A program made the position numbers and the translations under genes. Below are positions 1-13,119 of a stretch of DNA of 64,000 bases, piece by piece. Source of the stretch: Camelus dromedarius (taxonomy: Eukaryota); the NCBI RefSeq assembly GCF_036321535.1, contig NC_087436.1, forward strand, positions 100,814,001 through 100,878,000, in the 5' to 3' direction. Every line of letters starts with the position of its first letter. The first letter of the stretch is position 1. The notes beneath the pieces are model-generated. The model was not told where the DNA came from. It saw only the letters and a program-made list of their open reading frames with translations, and ran no database searches.

Positions 1-260
1 TGTCAGGAGTTTTTGCACCCTGCAATAATAGGATTGCTGAACAGGCAGGCCTCCTCTTCTCTAGCAAGGACACAGCCAATGAAACTATGGCCCTCCCAAC
101 TTCCTTTTCCTCTCTATGAAAGCATCTTTTTCCCTTGCCACGTGGGGACTTGCATGTGGCTCACCGTGGTAGCAGACCCTGAATTGCATTTCTTTGCTGA
201 TCCCAAAAAACCCGTATTTGCTGGAGAAACAACTGACAGTCTATTTCTTTTAGGTTAACA
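1..260 (+). mobile_element. 3' part of an ERV1 LTR (MER34-like)
   Basis: Typical R/U5 sequence (...gctgatcccaaaaaacccgtatttgctggagaaac...) ending in ttttaggttaaCA. Confidence 0.6.
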
Positions 261-2221
261 GGTGAGTCAATGGATTTACTTTTGTTATTTCTGAACTTTC
301 AACAACAGTTTTAACTTGATTACAGTGTGGTTTGAAAACTTGTACAACTCAAGATTAAATTTTCAACAGAACTCCACCATTCCTTCTTTATCCTGTGTTT
401 CACTAATTACACCTGCAATCAACCAATTTCTTGCTCAAGAGGTTAATTATTTGCACCTGCATTTTTGCACCTGCCATTTTGGTGACCTTTTGCAATTAAT
501 GTACATGCCTTTATTCACATTTCTAACTTGCTAAGCTTCCCAAATAGTAGATCTTTTGCCTAAACTGATCCAGGATTCTTTTGTGTGTTTCCAAGGTGAA
601 TTTGGAGGCAAGCAATAGATAAGCCGACAATGATATAATCAAACCATTGAGTTCTTTTTATTGTCAAATAAACAAGTGATGACATTTTCCAAAAGAATGT
701 TCCTTACAAATAAACAAAACAAATTTAAGGCTCAGTTTTAAAATGTCATATACCCTTATTACATATTAAAAATGCTATTTTAAGAAACAATAGCATACCT
801 CCTAAATCTTATAAATTATGTCTGATTTTGCCTTTAAACGTGTCATGGAAAGTTGAAAGGTTATATTGAAAATATGTTCTTTATGCAGTCTAAATGGTCA
901 CCTCCATAATACAGATTAATAACAGGGGCTCTGGGACCCTTGAGATTTTTATCTTTTGCCAAGTGATGTCTAAGTTCAGGTCCTGGTAATTTGCAATGAA
1001 GTCAAACAGACAAACCACTTAACCTGAGATGAAAATTAATGGTTGGAAATGAATTAACTCCCTAAATATTTAATTACTTACAGATATAAAAGTCAGTGGT
1101 CAGGATCGAAGGTAATCTTTTGACACACTATTGCTCAGCAGGGTCTTTCATGACTAAATCTTTAATTTATCTTTAGGAAACATTTATAGGAAAGTAAATT
1201 TTTAAAAATAAGAGGTCAAATGGCAACTCTAGTTTGTCCTGAGAATTACTTGAATCTTATGATCTCTGTTTTATTGCAATTTTTTTTAAGGATTGTTAGT
1301 AGGTGCTGAAATCTCACTAGGGCAAACGTAAGAAAAATATTGTTGAGACCTTGAGAACTTCAGAGGTAATAAACTAACCAAAACTGACCAAATGTATTGT
1401 CAACTGTGAGACCGGATAGATTTGCTTGTACATTTCCTGTGTCTGTTACTCTCATTTATGAAGATGAATTTGCAAAGGAGACAGGGCAGATAGATTTATT
1501 ACATGTGGTTCTATTATCCTTCCTGTTTCAGGATTTGCCAGGTCTATGGCCCGTGACCAAGAATTGTGTTTACTGAATCATACTTACGTGGTTTGCTATT
1601 GTTCAAATTGAAAGAGCTTACAAGAAAATGCCCCTGAGAAATGCTGCAGTGTATTTGCTGTAAAGAAGTTAGTGGACCCAGATTCACTGGGTTATACATT
1701 GTTCTTTTTATCAGAACCCTGGGGAAAACATCTCTGGATTTTTCCAGATTAGCTGGGTTTCCTGTGAGTCAGAAGTTCATTTCTGTTTTATGGATACTAT
1801 CAATGTCTTGAGCTTGATTGATTTTCCTCTTCGTATTGGTTGCCAAGAAGTTTAAAGCTAAATTATGACCAACGTTTATGAAGAGATTAGCATGTTTAAC
1901 ACGCACCTATGCATTCACCATCTTATTTCCCTGCATCTATTTTCTCTTTGTTCTTCCTTTTCTTTATTAATGGAGAGATGTAACAGTTACCTCCAAAACC
2001 AGACATGTATTTGAAGCTGAGTACTCCAGACTTGTATCTACAGTTTCAGTTTCAGAAGAGTCTTTGATCGAAGAAGTATTAACTGTGATTATTAGTGAAC
2101 TAACATTTTCTAACATTTTTAGAGCTCAATAAAAAAATAGGAAAAAACAGTATGAAGAGAGATGACAGTTTCTCATGCTTTCTCCTGTAGAGTGAAATTT
2201 TGTATGTGTGTTTGTGTGTCT

Positions 2222-2740
2222 ATGTGACAGGCATAATGGTTGCTCAAACACCACTTTCTTGCTGACAGAGCCCTGATTTTCTTAAAGCATTAAGAAGATC
2301 TCAGAGAAAGTCGGCCTAAAACTTCTTGTTTAGGGAGTAGTCATTTTTCATTTCTCACAAAAGAGATAAAGGAGAATTCTGCTAAGGGTCTTTGTGCAAA
2401 AATAATTTCACAAGCAGCTAATCTGCATGAGAAGTTGTCTAACTGCTCTGGCTTACATTCCTGCCCCAGAATGAGGTCTTAATATCTGCAGCTGTGGTAG
2501 CTTTCTTGTAGCCATGAGTCAACAAATTTAAGACTAAAAGGCCAAAATTCTGAGGATCATAGAGTAGAAACATGGAAAAGCCCTGGTTTTTTATGATACA
2601 CTGAATAGCTAAACTAACGCTATCAACTTTTCATCTTCAAACTAGTTGTTGTATGCAAGAGAAAAATATGTTTAGTGATATTTATATATATTTTTAAATG
2701 TTATTTGCAATTGAATGTGTTCCTGGTGACTTGGAAGACA
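2222..2740 (+). mobile_element. Old MaLR LTR (MLT1J/K-like)
   Basis: Degenerate MLT1 motifs (acagagccctgatttt; gagtagaaacatggaaaagccctgg). Confidence 0.55.
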
Positions 2741-2965
2741 AAAGTAAGGAGGAAATGTTTGTAAGCCCAGCTAATTTTTCCTTGTGAGTGATAACAGAAA
2801 GAATTATCTCTTGTAGAGTCACAATTTCCTGTGTGATAAGTAATCTGACAACTTTTTTCTCTGTCTTTATTGGTATCTATCACAGATAATATCTGATTAT
2901 CAGGAAAATCAAACCAACAGATATTTTTCCTTTACTTTCCAATTTTTATTTTTAAGCTTTTGAAA

Positions 2966-3022
2966 TATATATATATACACACACATATATGTGTGTGTGT
3001 GTGTGTGTGTATATACACACAT
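2966..3022. repeat. Compound (TA)n/(CA)n/(TG)n microsatellite
   Basis: Direct observation. Confidence 0.9.
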
Positions 3023-3489
3023 GCATGTATGTTTACATTTATAATTTTTAGCAGTTAATAGTAAACTCCACTGATTATCTTTCCCAAATTGATATTGTAG
3101 ATGCAGATCCTTTGTATTTTTAGTAGAAGTTAAATTTGTTTGAAATAAACAACAGGAGACCACCTTTTATTGAACACCCACTATAACTTAACACTTCCAA
3201 AGGAAAACCTGGCTCTTATTGCAATAATTTTAGATTAGAAATGGGACAATAGGCACGGAAACAAGAAAAAGAAAACCTATAGAGACTTTCAGAACCTCTC
3301 TACAAAAATGAAAAGGAAAGTAAATTTACAAGAGTTGGTAACATTACAAACAGTGAAAGCTATTAGTGGAAATAATGTGGAATAAAATGCAAAAGTCTGA
3401 ATAAGAAATGTGACATGAAGCAATGAAACAGAAAAGAAAATCAATAGATGTAATAAAGCATAGATAATTTTAGAAAACATTTACCATTT

Positions 3490-3705
3490 GCCTAACATGC
3501 CAAAAAACTTGCATATAGAGTTTTAAGACTTACAACCACCTAGTAAGTTAGATTAATTACTCCCATTTTACTGGTAAGAAAACTGAGCCCTAGAGAGAGT
3601 CACTAACTGACTCACAGTTACACAGCTAATAATTAAAGCAAGGATTGAGTTGTGTCTTAGCGTAACGAGAGAGTCTATACTTCTATCATATCACGGTGCC
3701 TCCCA
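3490..3705 (-). mobile_element. MIR SINE
   Basis: Core cccattttactggtaagaaaactgagcc. Confidence 0.75.
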
Positions 3706-4896
3706 GTAATACGTTGGGATGGCAGTGTATATTTCCATAGAGATCACACCTGCATTTTTGTCAAGCATACATTTATATATTCATCTATGACCAAAATTCT
3801 ATTCTTTCACTAAGGCTTCAGAAATTTTAGAACCGAAGTCAAATGTTGCAATTTAAGTATTCATGTAATGCAAAATTTTACAATTGTACATATCAGTCAA
3901 ACTGTTTTCAGCAACCATTTTCATTTCTGCTCCTCAATTAATGTTAATCACAGTGATTATGCTAATCTAGGTTGTATACAGTATACAAGAAATAACAAGG
4001 AGACCCATTTTATACTGAACAGCCAAAACAAGATCCACAGTAGACACAAATACTTGAATTGTAAATAATTTAAATCAGGTCATATGCTGAATAAACAGCA
4101 AACATTTAAATATCGAAGAATAAGCAGAATTTCCTCTTTAGTACAACGATACCCACAGTATTTATCTCTTGATGTTTATGCCTTCACATTATTTCTGCCT
4201 TCTATGTACTTTTACATTATTCTGAAACAATATAGCAATCTAAAAAAATAATAACCGTTTTGTCTAAACAGGCATTCAAGTTGATTTCTCCCAACAGTAC
4301 TGTCTGACTCTCCATTATTCAATATGACACAGGGTGGTGGTGAATCTCATGCACATACCTCTGGGGAGTTAAAAAAAGTGACTGCCTATCACTGCTTGGT
4401 AGCAAAAGGCAAAGGCAGCTGTGAAAAAAAAATTATAATCCGAGGAAAACCTGCTCCCCTACACACACTTACAAAGCAGTCTTTCATGTTGAGAACCAGT
4501 TGGCAAGAGTTAATGAAAGTTCTATAATCAAGCAATATGATGATCTATTACAGTCTACACTATCCAATCTGTTCCCACACTGTTGTCAACTCTCATAAAC
4601 CATCCCAGTGGGGACATGACATCAACCCAGCCCAGGAACTTCAAGCTGATATTGTTTTCCTGCACAATAATGCAAGGTGGCAAAACAAACACAGAAACTC
4701 TGTTTTATTTAAACATTTAATATTTTGTACATTATGAATTTTTATATTAATTTTGATTTGCTTAATAATTTGCTTTATAATATTACTTGCCTTGGTTACT
4801 AAGTGTTTTGGGCCTCATAAACTTTGTGTCTGCAGTACGTGTCCCACTCACTTCAACTAATTCCAGTCCTACACTCTATGAATCTATTCTAATTTT

Positions 4897-5400
4897 TTTT
4901 TTTTTTTTAGTAAAGGTAGATTTATTTAGAGTGATAAATACTGCATAGAGTGTAGACTGTTTCAGAAGGCAAGAGAAAGGCCACAAGATGTGGGGGTTGG
5001 GGGCTCAGGTTAAAGTAAATGTAGGCACACACTCCATAGACAGAGTGCGGGCTGTCTCTGAAGAAGAGAGAGCTAGAGAGGCAGCCACGAGGTACGGTGT
5101 TGCTAGTTTTTATGGGCTTAGTAGCTTCATATGCTAATAAGTGGGAGGGCTACTCCAACTACCCTGGGGAAGGGGCTGGGATTCCCAGGAATTGGGCCAC
5201 TGCCCACTCTTTGACTTTTTATGGTCAGCCTTGGAACTGTCATGGTGACTGTGGGCATGTTATTAATCATGCTAATATAGTACAGTGAGCATATAATGAA
5301 GCTCAAGGTCTACTGAAGTCAAATCTCCCACCATCTTGAGCCTCAAGGCCTACTGGGGGTTGACTCTTCCACCATTTTGGTGTTAACTGCTGTGTCATAT
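4897..5400 (-). mobile_element. Polyadenylated, TSD-flanked retrocopy of an ERV1 LTR (U3-R only)
   Basis: Poly(T) to 4908 and AATAAA at 4926-4921. A 14-bp TSD TCTATTCTAATTTT lies at 4883-4896 and 5401-5414. The body is homologous to the LTR at ~8200-8799. Confidence 0.85.
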
Positions 5401-6276
5401 TCTATTCTAATTTTATATGCCAAGATTCATAGAAAAGCTCAGGTATGCCCAATGAACTTTCTCCATAAATCTTATATCAAGGACACAATGTGGTATGTCT
5501 TTTGGAGAGTTGCAGAAAAAGAAATCGTAACAAGGCATAACCTGAACTAAAATTTTTCTTTAAAAATGCAATAGGACTCAGAGGGGGAAGACAATTGCCC
5601 TATTTTCATGCGCTTAGAAACAGCATGTGGGCAGAGGTGTAAAGCTATTTCACAGTCCTCTTTTGTAAGAAGCTAAGACCTTTTTTTTTTTTAAGTAAAG
5701 GAGATTTGGCTACCAGAGAGTCAAAAATTGAAGCAAATGTATTAGTATTTTGTATTCACACCCAAATGTGTGTTGTCTTTTTCAAAGTGGTCATCATATT
5801 TATTTAATAATTCCAGTGAAGTTCCCACGAGCATTTTGAAATTCATTCCTGTGACTTGCTCTCAGAGCTAGATTACAAGCCTCAAAAGTGAAGCAATCTT
5901 GTTAATTTAGAGACACAACACATTTTGTCTTAAAATAATTTTGCCAATTTAAGTGCCTAACAGTTACATGAGATGAATTTCGACAATTACTAGAAACCAA
6001 GTCTACTCACGAAGAATGGCCACGTGCCAAAACTCATTGAATTTAAAGGATTTGAGCAAGCTTCAAAGGATATTCCAAAAGAAGAAATTAGAAAATATCT
6101 GAATATAAGTGAATTTTGAAATAAGAGAACTAGTGTGAGCTTTTAAGAAATTAGTCCACACTTTCCTATCAATGCTTGAATAGGTTTGCCAAAAACAAAG
6201 TTGAATTATTTTATCATCATACCTATGACGCAACTTCAATGTATTTAACTGATTGATTTTTTTTTAAGTTTCCTGA

Positions 6277-7400
6277 AAATGGAGAAGCTGGACTCATTAA
6301 AAGTAAAAAAATTCTACTCTAGAAAATACAATATCAAGAGAAAGAGAAGACAAGCTGCAAACTGGGAGAAGATATTTGCAAAACACACCTCTTATAAAGA
6401 ACTGTTATCCAAAATACACAAAGAACTCTCAAAACTCAACAATAAGAAAACAAACAACCTCATTAAAAAATGGGCAAAGACCCTAACAGGTACCTCACGA
6501 GAAAACGTATCCACATGGCAAATAAACATATGAAAAGATGTTCTACATTATATATCATCAGGGAGATGCAAATTAAAATATCAAGATTCCACTACACACT
6601 TACTAGAATGGACAAAAACCAGAACAATCATAACACTAAATGCTGGTGAAGATGTGAGACAAAAGGAATTCTCAGTCATTGTAGTGGAAATGCAAAATGG
6701 TACACCCACTTTGGAAGAAAATTTGGCAGTTTCTTAGACAACTAAATGTACTCTTACCATACAACACAGCAATCATGCTCCATGATATTTACCCAAAGCA
6801 GTTGAAAACTTACATACACACACAAAAAAAACTTGAGCACACATGTTTATAGACAATTTGTCCATAAATGCCAAACCTTGGCAGCAACCAAGATATCCTT
6901 CAGTAGGTGAATGGACAAACGGTGGTACATCCAGATAATGGAATATTATTCAGAGCTAAAAAGAAACTAGCTATCACGCCATGAAAAGACATGGAAGAAC
7001 CTTAAATAAATATTACTACGTGAAAGAAGCTGATCTGAAAAGGCTACATCCTGTATGGTTCCCTCTATATGACATTCTGGAAAAGGCAAAGCTATGAAGA
7101 CAATCAATGGTTTCTAGGGGTTTTGGGGGGTGGGGGGAGGGATGAATAGGCAGAGCACAGAGCATTTTCTGGACATGAAAATACTGTGTGATATCATGTG
7201 TCATTAGACATTCATACAAACCCACAGAATGTGCAACACCAAGAACGAACCCCAAGGTAAAATCTGGACTTTGAATTGTTATGATATGTTAATGTAGGTT
7301 CATCGGTTGTAATAAATGTACCACTTTGCTGGGGCATGTTGATAACGGGGGAAGCTATGCGTGTGTGGAGGCAAGTGGTAGATGGGAGACTTCTCTGTGA
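6277..7400 (+). mobile_element. L1 (L1MB/L1MC-like) ORF2 C-terminal remnant and 3' UTR
   Basis: ORF 6279-6533 (WEKIFAKH...NNKKTNNLIKKWAK) is L1 ORF2-like; typical 3' UTR aaacccacagaatgtgcaacaccaaga. Confidence 0.9.
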
Positions 7401-7409
7401 TGCTTCAGG

Positions 7410-8190
7410 AGTCTTCTTCTATGAACCTTCTACAACTTTCTGTATCTATATTATTTTGTCCCTAATTTTCTTTAGGACAAAATTTGCTTTCTTCTCCCTT
7501 AACAAAATGCAATTCCCTTCCTCGTACCTTCTTTTACTGGAAAAACATTTTACTTTCTGGCATCCTGAAAAGTTTCCCTTATTTATTTAGCAGCTTTAAT
7601 TTTACTTTCCTTCCTAGGTACAACAGAAGTATTATATTTAACATTGATGACTCTAAGGACATGTCCATGTTCCTCAAACCAACAAGCTTAAGCTAGCTTC
7701 AATACCAGATAACGATTTAGTACTGAATATTTTCCAGATCATGTGGACCTTAGATTAATTTTGGCCTGTTTCTTTAATATTTCTGACTATTTATATTAAG
7801 CACTTAATTTCCTTCAAGACAATTAAACAGTGCTCTTTTACAAATTAATTTTGGCAGTACCATACATCTACAACACATATACAAACACACAAACTCACCA
7901 GTGTGGTCTCCAGAAGTCAAATCTCTACCTGAAGCTTTAACCACTGGGGCAAGCTGATGATTCAAGCTGAATCCTTCAGAGTCCCTTTCTTTGGGACTTA
8001 GAATTGAAAACAGGAGATACCAGTCTCAGCTGGGGTAGAGAGAAAGATTTTGAATTCTGGAAGGCTCTTAATTTCCTGTTGCAGTACCTGCATTGTTTCC
8101 CATGAGTTCAAAAAAAAAAAAATACACACACACACACACTCTCACACACACATCCCTATGTCTTTTTGATGCATGAAAATGGGGCACAAG
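7410..8190 (-). mobile_element. Possible ERV1 internal fragment
   Basis: Composition resembles MER4-group internal sequence and it adjoins an LTR; no ORF or PBS was identified. Confidence 0.3.
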
Positions 8191-8199
8191 AGGGTGGTC

Positions 8200-8799
8200 A
8201 TGTCCCAGGTCTCTGGGATGCACCTTGCCAAGGGAGGATCCTTGGCTTTGTGGAGTAAAGAATTCAAGAGTGAACCATACTAAAGTGAAAACGCGTTTAT
8301 TTAGAGAGAGACGCACTCCATAGACAGAGTGGTCTGTCTTAGAAGGGAGAGTGACCCCAGGATATGCGGTCATCTAGGAAAAGTGAGAGCAGCTTAGGAA
8401 ATACACATTCCATAGGCAGAATGAGGGTCATCTCAAAAGGCAAGATGCCTTGGGATGTGGAGTGTGGGGTGGTTAGTTTTTATAGACTTCGTAATTTCAT
8501 ATGCTAACCAGTGGGAGGATTATTTCCAACTATTTGGGGGTAGGGGTAGGGATTTCCAGGAATTGGGCCCCTGCCCCCTTTTTGGCCTTTGAGTGTCAGC
8601 CTGGGAATTGTCATGGCCAATACACCAATATTTAATATGCTAATGAACTACAATGAGCATGTAACGAGGCTCAAGTTCCAGTGGAAGTCAAACCTTCCAC
8701 AATCTTGGGCTTAGGAGGTCCTAACCAGTTTTTGTCATCTCCTCAAGGGCTATGTCATTCTTTTAAAGGTTGTGCCCTGCCCCCTTCCCTACTGTCTCA
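8200..8799 (-). mobile_element. ERV1 LTR (left boundary uncertain)
   Basis: Minus strand starts TGAGACAG. It has octamer-like ATGCTAA motifs, a TATAAAAA box (~8476-8483), AATAAA (~8296-8301) and U5 sequence beyond it. Confidence 0.8.
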
Positions 8800-9647
8800 C
8801 TGAGAACAAATTCTCTCTTATGGCTTAATCTAGCTCAAATTTGTTTTTACCATTGGTTACTATTTGTAAATGATTTAATTTACGTAAACAGCTACTTTTA
8901 AATTGATAGTTACCAAGTGAATGGGTATGTCCAAAATAGAAAAGAGCTTAAGAAATGGTTAGAAACATGTGACTGCTCTCATCGGTACTCAGATATGTCT
9001 GGGATTAAGAGGCACATTCCAGTCCAAAACCCTTAGGGAGCATGGTACTTTCTCCAACCAACTGAGTTCGAGGTATCAGAGCCATGAAGTTCCTTCGGGC
9101 AGTAGATTTGCCAGGTGATTTTGATAAGACTCAGGATTACTGGTCTAGTTACATGCATTTCCTGAACTTTTTGGCCCTTCAGGGTGTGTATAATACAATA
9201 AATCAAAAACAATCCCTTGCTCCATGAATGTGGTTGGGAGAATGTCTTTTATGAAATTCTAATCGTGGGTGAAATAAGGAAAAACTTCAGATCAAAATTA
9301 AAAGCTGAATAGGTTTCATAAGGAAAAATCTATACAATAAAAAGCTTTGCTATTATCTATTTTACCAGTTGGAAGTTTCAAAAATGCTGCATTGTTGACA
9401 TGCCCCATGCACTTCTGGTCCCTGAAAATTAGAGAGATTGACAGCAGTGTTAAGATATTTTGAAGGATGCCTGACAAAAAGGCAAAATTAAAATGATGTC
9501 TGGTTGCTTAACTTAAGTAGCTAAAACTAAAGGGGAAATTAAATTCCTCTAGGAAATCCCACACAGTTGAAGGCAGAGCATTTCAGAAGTCCAGAAGAAA
9601 AGGTAGGAGTTTTTAATATGGAGCTTGATTAGAAATGTAGGAACTTT

Positions 9648-9836
9648 ATCACTTCTCGGCCTTTTGGCTAAGATCAAGTATATTATCTGTTCTTATCAGC
9701 TTAATATCTGACACACCCTCTACTTGAGGACAATATATGAAATGGATCTTTGGAGCAGAGAGTTGGAAGAGAGCTTGCACGGCCCACTCCACACACTGGC
9801 CTGGTATTGCAGTACTTCCAGAAACGGTGTAAGCCC
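9648..9836 (+). pseudogene. Full-length U2 snRNA pseudogene
   Basis: atcacttctcggccttttggctaagatcaag...cctggtattgcagtacttccagaaacggtg is colinear with the whole of U2. The branch-recognition sequence and Sm site are mutated, CpGs have decayed, the 3' flank is A-rich, and no PSE is recognisable upstream. Confidence 0.93.
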
Positions 9837-10170
9837 TTGGGAAATAAGTTTCAAGTTTAAAAAATAAAACATGAGTTACCTTGTTTCTTCTTAAACTCAC
9901 CTTCCATCGCTAGACTTACGGCTGGAAAGTGAAGGGACTCTGTAGTTCGGAAAAAGAACCAGCCACCAGACATTGCTGACCTATGTCTCTTCGTACGTTT
10001 TTGTGGTTGTCTTGTTCCCACAGAGAAGCCGAAGGCACTGTGCTGTCTCTCCTTTTTCCTTGCCCCCTTAAAACTCTGGACATCACTTTTCCCCATGTTT
10101 CCCCTCACTTCTCCAAAATGTCTTAAAGTGTGTCCATGCTCTTAGAATTCTCCTTCTCTGTCTCCTCTCA

Positions 10171-10240
10171 AGAGAAAGAAAGAGAGAAAGAAAGAATGAA
10201 AGAAACAAACAAACAAATAAACAAACAAACAAAGAAAAGA
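10171..10240. repeat. (GAAA)n/(AAAC)n simple repeat
   Basis: Direct observation. Confidence 0.85.
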
Positions 10241-10919
10241 ACACAAAAGTGTTTCTCAAAAAGAGAAAGATGAGGAAATTTACAAGGAAATCATTTCTAA
10301 TCAGGGCAGAGACCCAGTGAATTAAGTGCTGGCTCGTCTGGTAGCCGCAGAGATTCTAGCCACTGGTTTGAAACAGTGTCTGGTTTTCAGGATGACTTCA
10401 TCTCAGAAGTGGCATCATCATCAAGGGAGGGAAGAACAATGCAATTTCTCCACAGTGATGATGGAGGAGGGAGACTGGATGTCAAAGCCCAGTTATGGCT
10501 TCAACTTGCTCTCTGTGAATGAATCAGGAGCACTAGGTAAAGAAGTAGTATTTTATGAACTTTTAAACCTCTCTGGTAATTTTGTTATTACCTATAGTTT
10601 TCTCATGTGAGGTATATCAGTGGGCTTTTCAAAAAAAAAAAAAAAAACAGCTCTGCATGGTTGTGTGGGTTAACAAAGTAAAGAAGAACTGGGGTGGGGG
10701 GGGGCTATATCCCCAATAAGGGAAGTCAGTTGAAAGTCAAAAGAACATTACTGAGATGGAAGCGGCTATCAAAGGTGGGAGAGGAGAAAAGCAGGGTGAA
10801 TCCCTACAATTAAAATAAAAGGATTTGGAGGTTGCTGGAATAAAGCAGCAGCCGCGAGTACCAGAAGTACCAGATATAGCAAAGACTAGAAGAATTAAGC
10901 TTAAAAAGCCAGTGCTAGT

Positions 10920-11060
10920 GAAATATGTTCAATTTCTTATAATGAGCTGTAATGGAAAAGAATCTGAAAAAATATATATATATATATATAACCGAATTGC
11001 TTTGCTGTACACCTGAAACTAACATTGTAAATCGACTACATTTTAATAAAAAATAAGAAT
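10920..11060 (+). mobile_element. Short L1 3'-end fragment with (TA)n
   Basis: aatggaaaagaatctgaaaaa(ta)n...gctgtacacctgaaactaaca...aataaa. Confidence 0.85.
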
Positions 11061-11119
11061 TTTTTTAAAAGATCAATGCTGTTTATCAAGACGGACTTGC
11101 TTTGACCTTTGGAACAAGT

Positions 11120-11330
11120 CCATCACTCAATCTCTTGCTGGTCTCTCTCTAGTTGTGTGACTTTGGTTAAGTTACTCAACCTCTTTGTGCCTCAGTTTCC
11201 TCACCTGTAAAGAGTAAATAAAATAACACCAAATTAATAGAGGAGTTGGGAGAGTTTAATGACACAATTGATGAAAACCTTTTAGCATAGTGGCTATTAA
11301 ATAATAAGAATCAGTAAGAAGTATTAATAG
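11120..11330 (+). mobile_element. MIR SINE
   Basis: Core tgtgcctcagtttcctcacctgtaaa. Confidence 0.85.
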
Positions 11331-11519
11331 AAAACAGAAGAAAACATAAATATGGAGTGACCTCTGCATCAGAACATGTGCATGATTAATTAATTTCTTG
11401 GCAAATATCTCATTTGTCTTAACAGGGGAATAAATGTGATTTCAGTTGAAGAAATATAAATATTCAAACAAACAAACAAACAGCATCCTCAAGTAGTTCA
11501 AAGTGTGGAAGAACATACA

Positions 11520-12555
11520 TGCAAAAACAACAACAGAAATTATCCATGGAGAAATGACTATTTGTACTACTGAGGCAGGAAATGCACAAGATAAACCTGA
11601 AACATCTTGTAGTGCCAGAAAGTTAGAAAGTGTTAGGAGCAGAGCGAGATGAAAAATGGTAAAGGGTAAGTCAAATGGAATCAAGGTCCAAATAAAAGAA
11701 CTCCCAATGGACTAAGATGTAACAATTTGAGCAACAAAATAATTAAAGCAGTATTGGGTCCTAACTCAAAGTATAAAATAAACATCCATGATTCCACAGT
11801 GAAATAAATAAATGATTACATAAATACGGAAATAAATAGAGAAGACAAATCTCTCATACAGAAGAATTCCAAAAAATTTATGTAGAAACTCCTTCCCTAA
11901 GGAGGTGGAGCATAAATACTCATTACTTGAGTGTAGGCTGTTCATACCACTTCCTTTGAAAAAAGGACAGTGTAGAAAAAAGACTTAACTTTACAGCAGA
12001 GAAACCTGACAAACACTACGTCAGCCTGGAGCTCAAAGTCAACATCCCAGTGACGTCATGCTGACAGTGTTCCTTAGATGTGATGCAATGAAAATGACAC
12101 TTACCCTCTGTGATCTTCCTCCCAAAACCCATAACTCCAGTCTAACCATGATCAAAACCTCAGTCAAATCCCAGTGGATGGGCATTCTGCAAAATACCTG
12201 ACCAGATCTCCTCAAAATGTTGAGATCATCAGAAACAACAAATGCCTAAGAAACTTTCACAGCCAAAGGCGCCTAAGGAGACAGTAGGACTAAATGTAGC
12301 CTGATATTCTGGATGGGATCCTGAAACAGAAAATGAACATAAAATAAGAATTGTGGAAATCTGAATGAAGTATGGCCTTTAGCTAATAACAATGTATTAA
12401 TTGCTTTATTAATCATGACAAATGTATTATACTGATGTAAGATGGTAATAATAGGGGGAAGTGAGTGTGAGATATACAGAAACTGTCTGTACTGTCTCTA
12501 CCATTTTTCTGTAAATCTAGAAATATTATAAAACAGAAAGCTTATTTTAAAATAT
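11520..12555 (+). mobile_element. Old L1 (L1MC-like) 3' UTR
   Basis: aaacctgacaaacactac...cttcctcccaaaacccataactccagtctaa...ctacc atttttctgtaaatctagaaa. Confidence 0.8.
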
Positions 12556-13119
12556 TACAACAGTGAGATAAGCATTTGTCCTCTATAATATAAACTTCCT
12601 GGTGGCAAGAACACTGTTATACGTAACCTCCTATGCGTTTATTTCAACATCTAGCATAGTCTCAGGAACATACTGGTTTCTGGACAAGTTGGCTGAACGA
12701 ATCAGTGAACGTAGGAAAATAGGTCCTAATTATCAATGTAATACCAGGTTAGAAGTCCTAAATTATGCCTGGGAGTTTCAGGAAAGTTTTTATAAAACGA
12801 TAACCAGTAATTTACCAGAGTACTGTTTCTGTATGATGCATACTCCAGACAGAGCAGTGGACATGCTAAAACCATGTACATACTTTCTCTCTCCCCATTT
12901 TAAAACAACAGTGTGTCGTGTTAATAGTTAACTCTTCTCCCTTGTCTCAAAAATACTACCCGCTGTTCTGTGGTTCAGACATAATGATCCTCAGCTTAAC
13001 TTGTTCATCAAATGGGCTAATTCCCTTCTTGCTTCAAGATCTCAACCCATTACATCTCCCCTCCCCCCATGTCCCCTCCCTGACTCACCCCTACCCACCC
13101 CACCCCACTGCCTTGCTTT

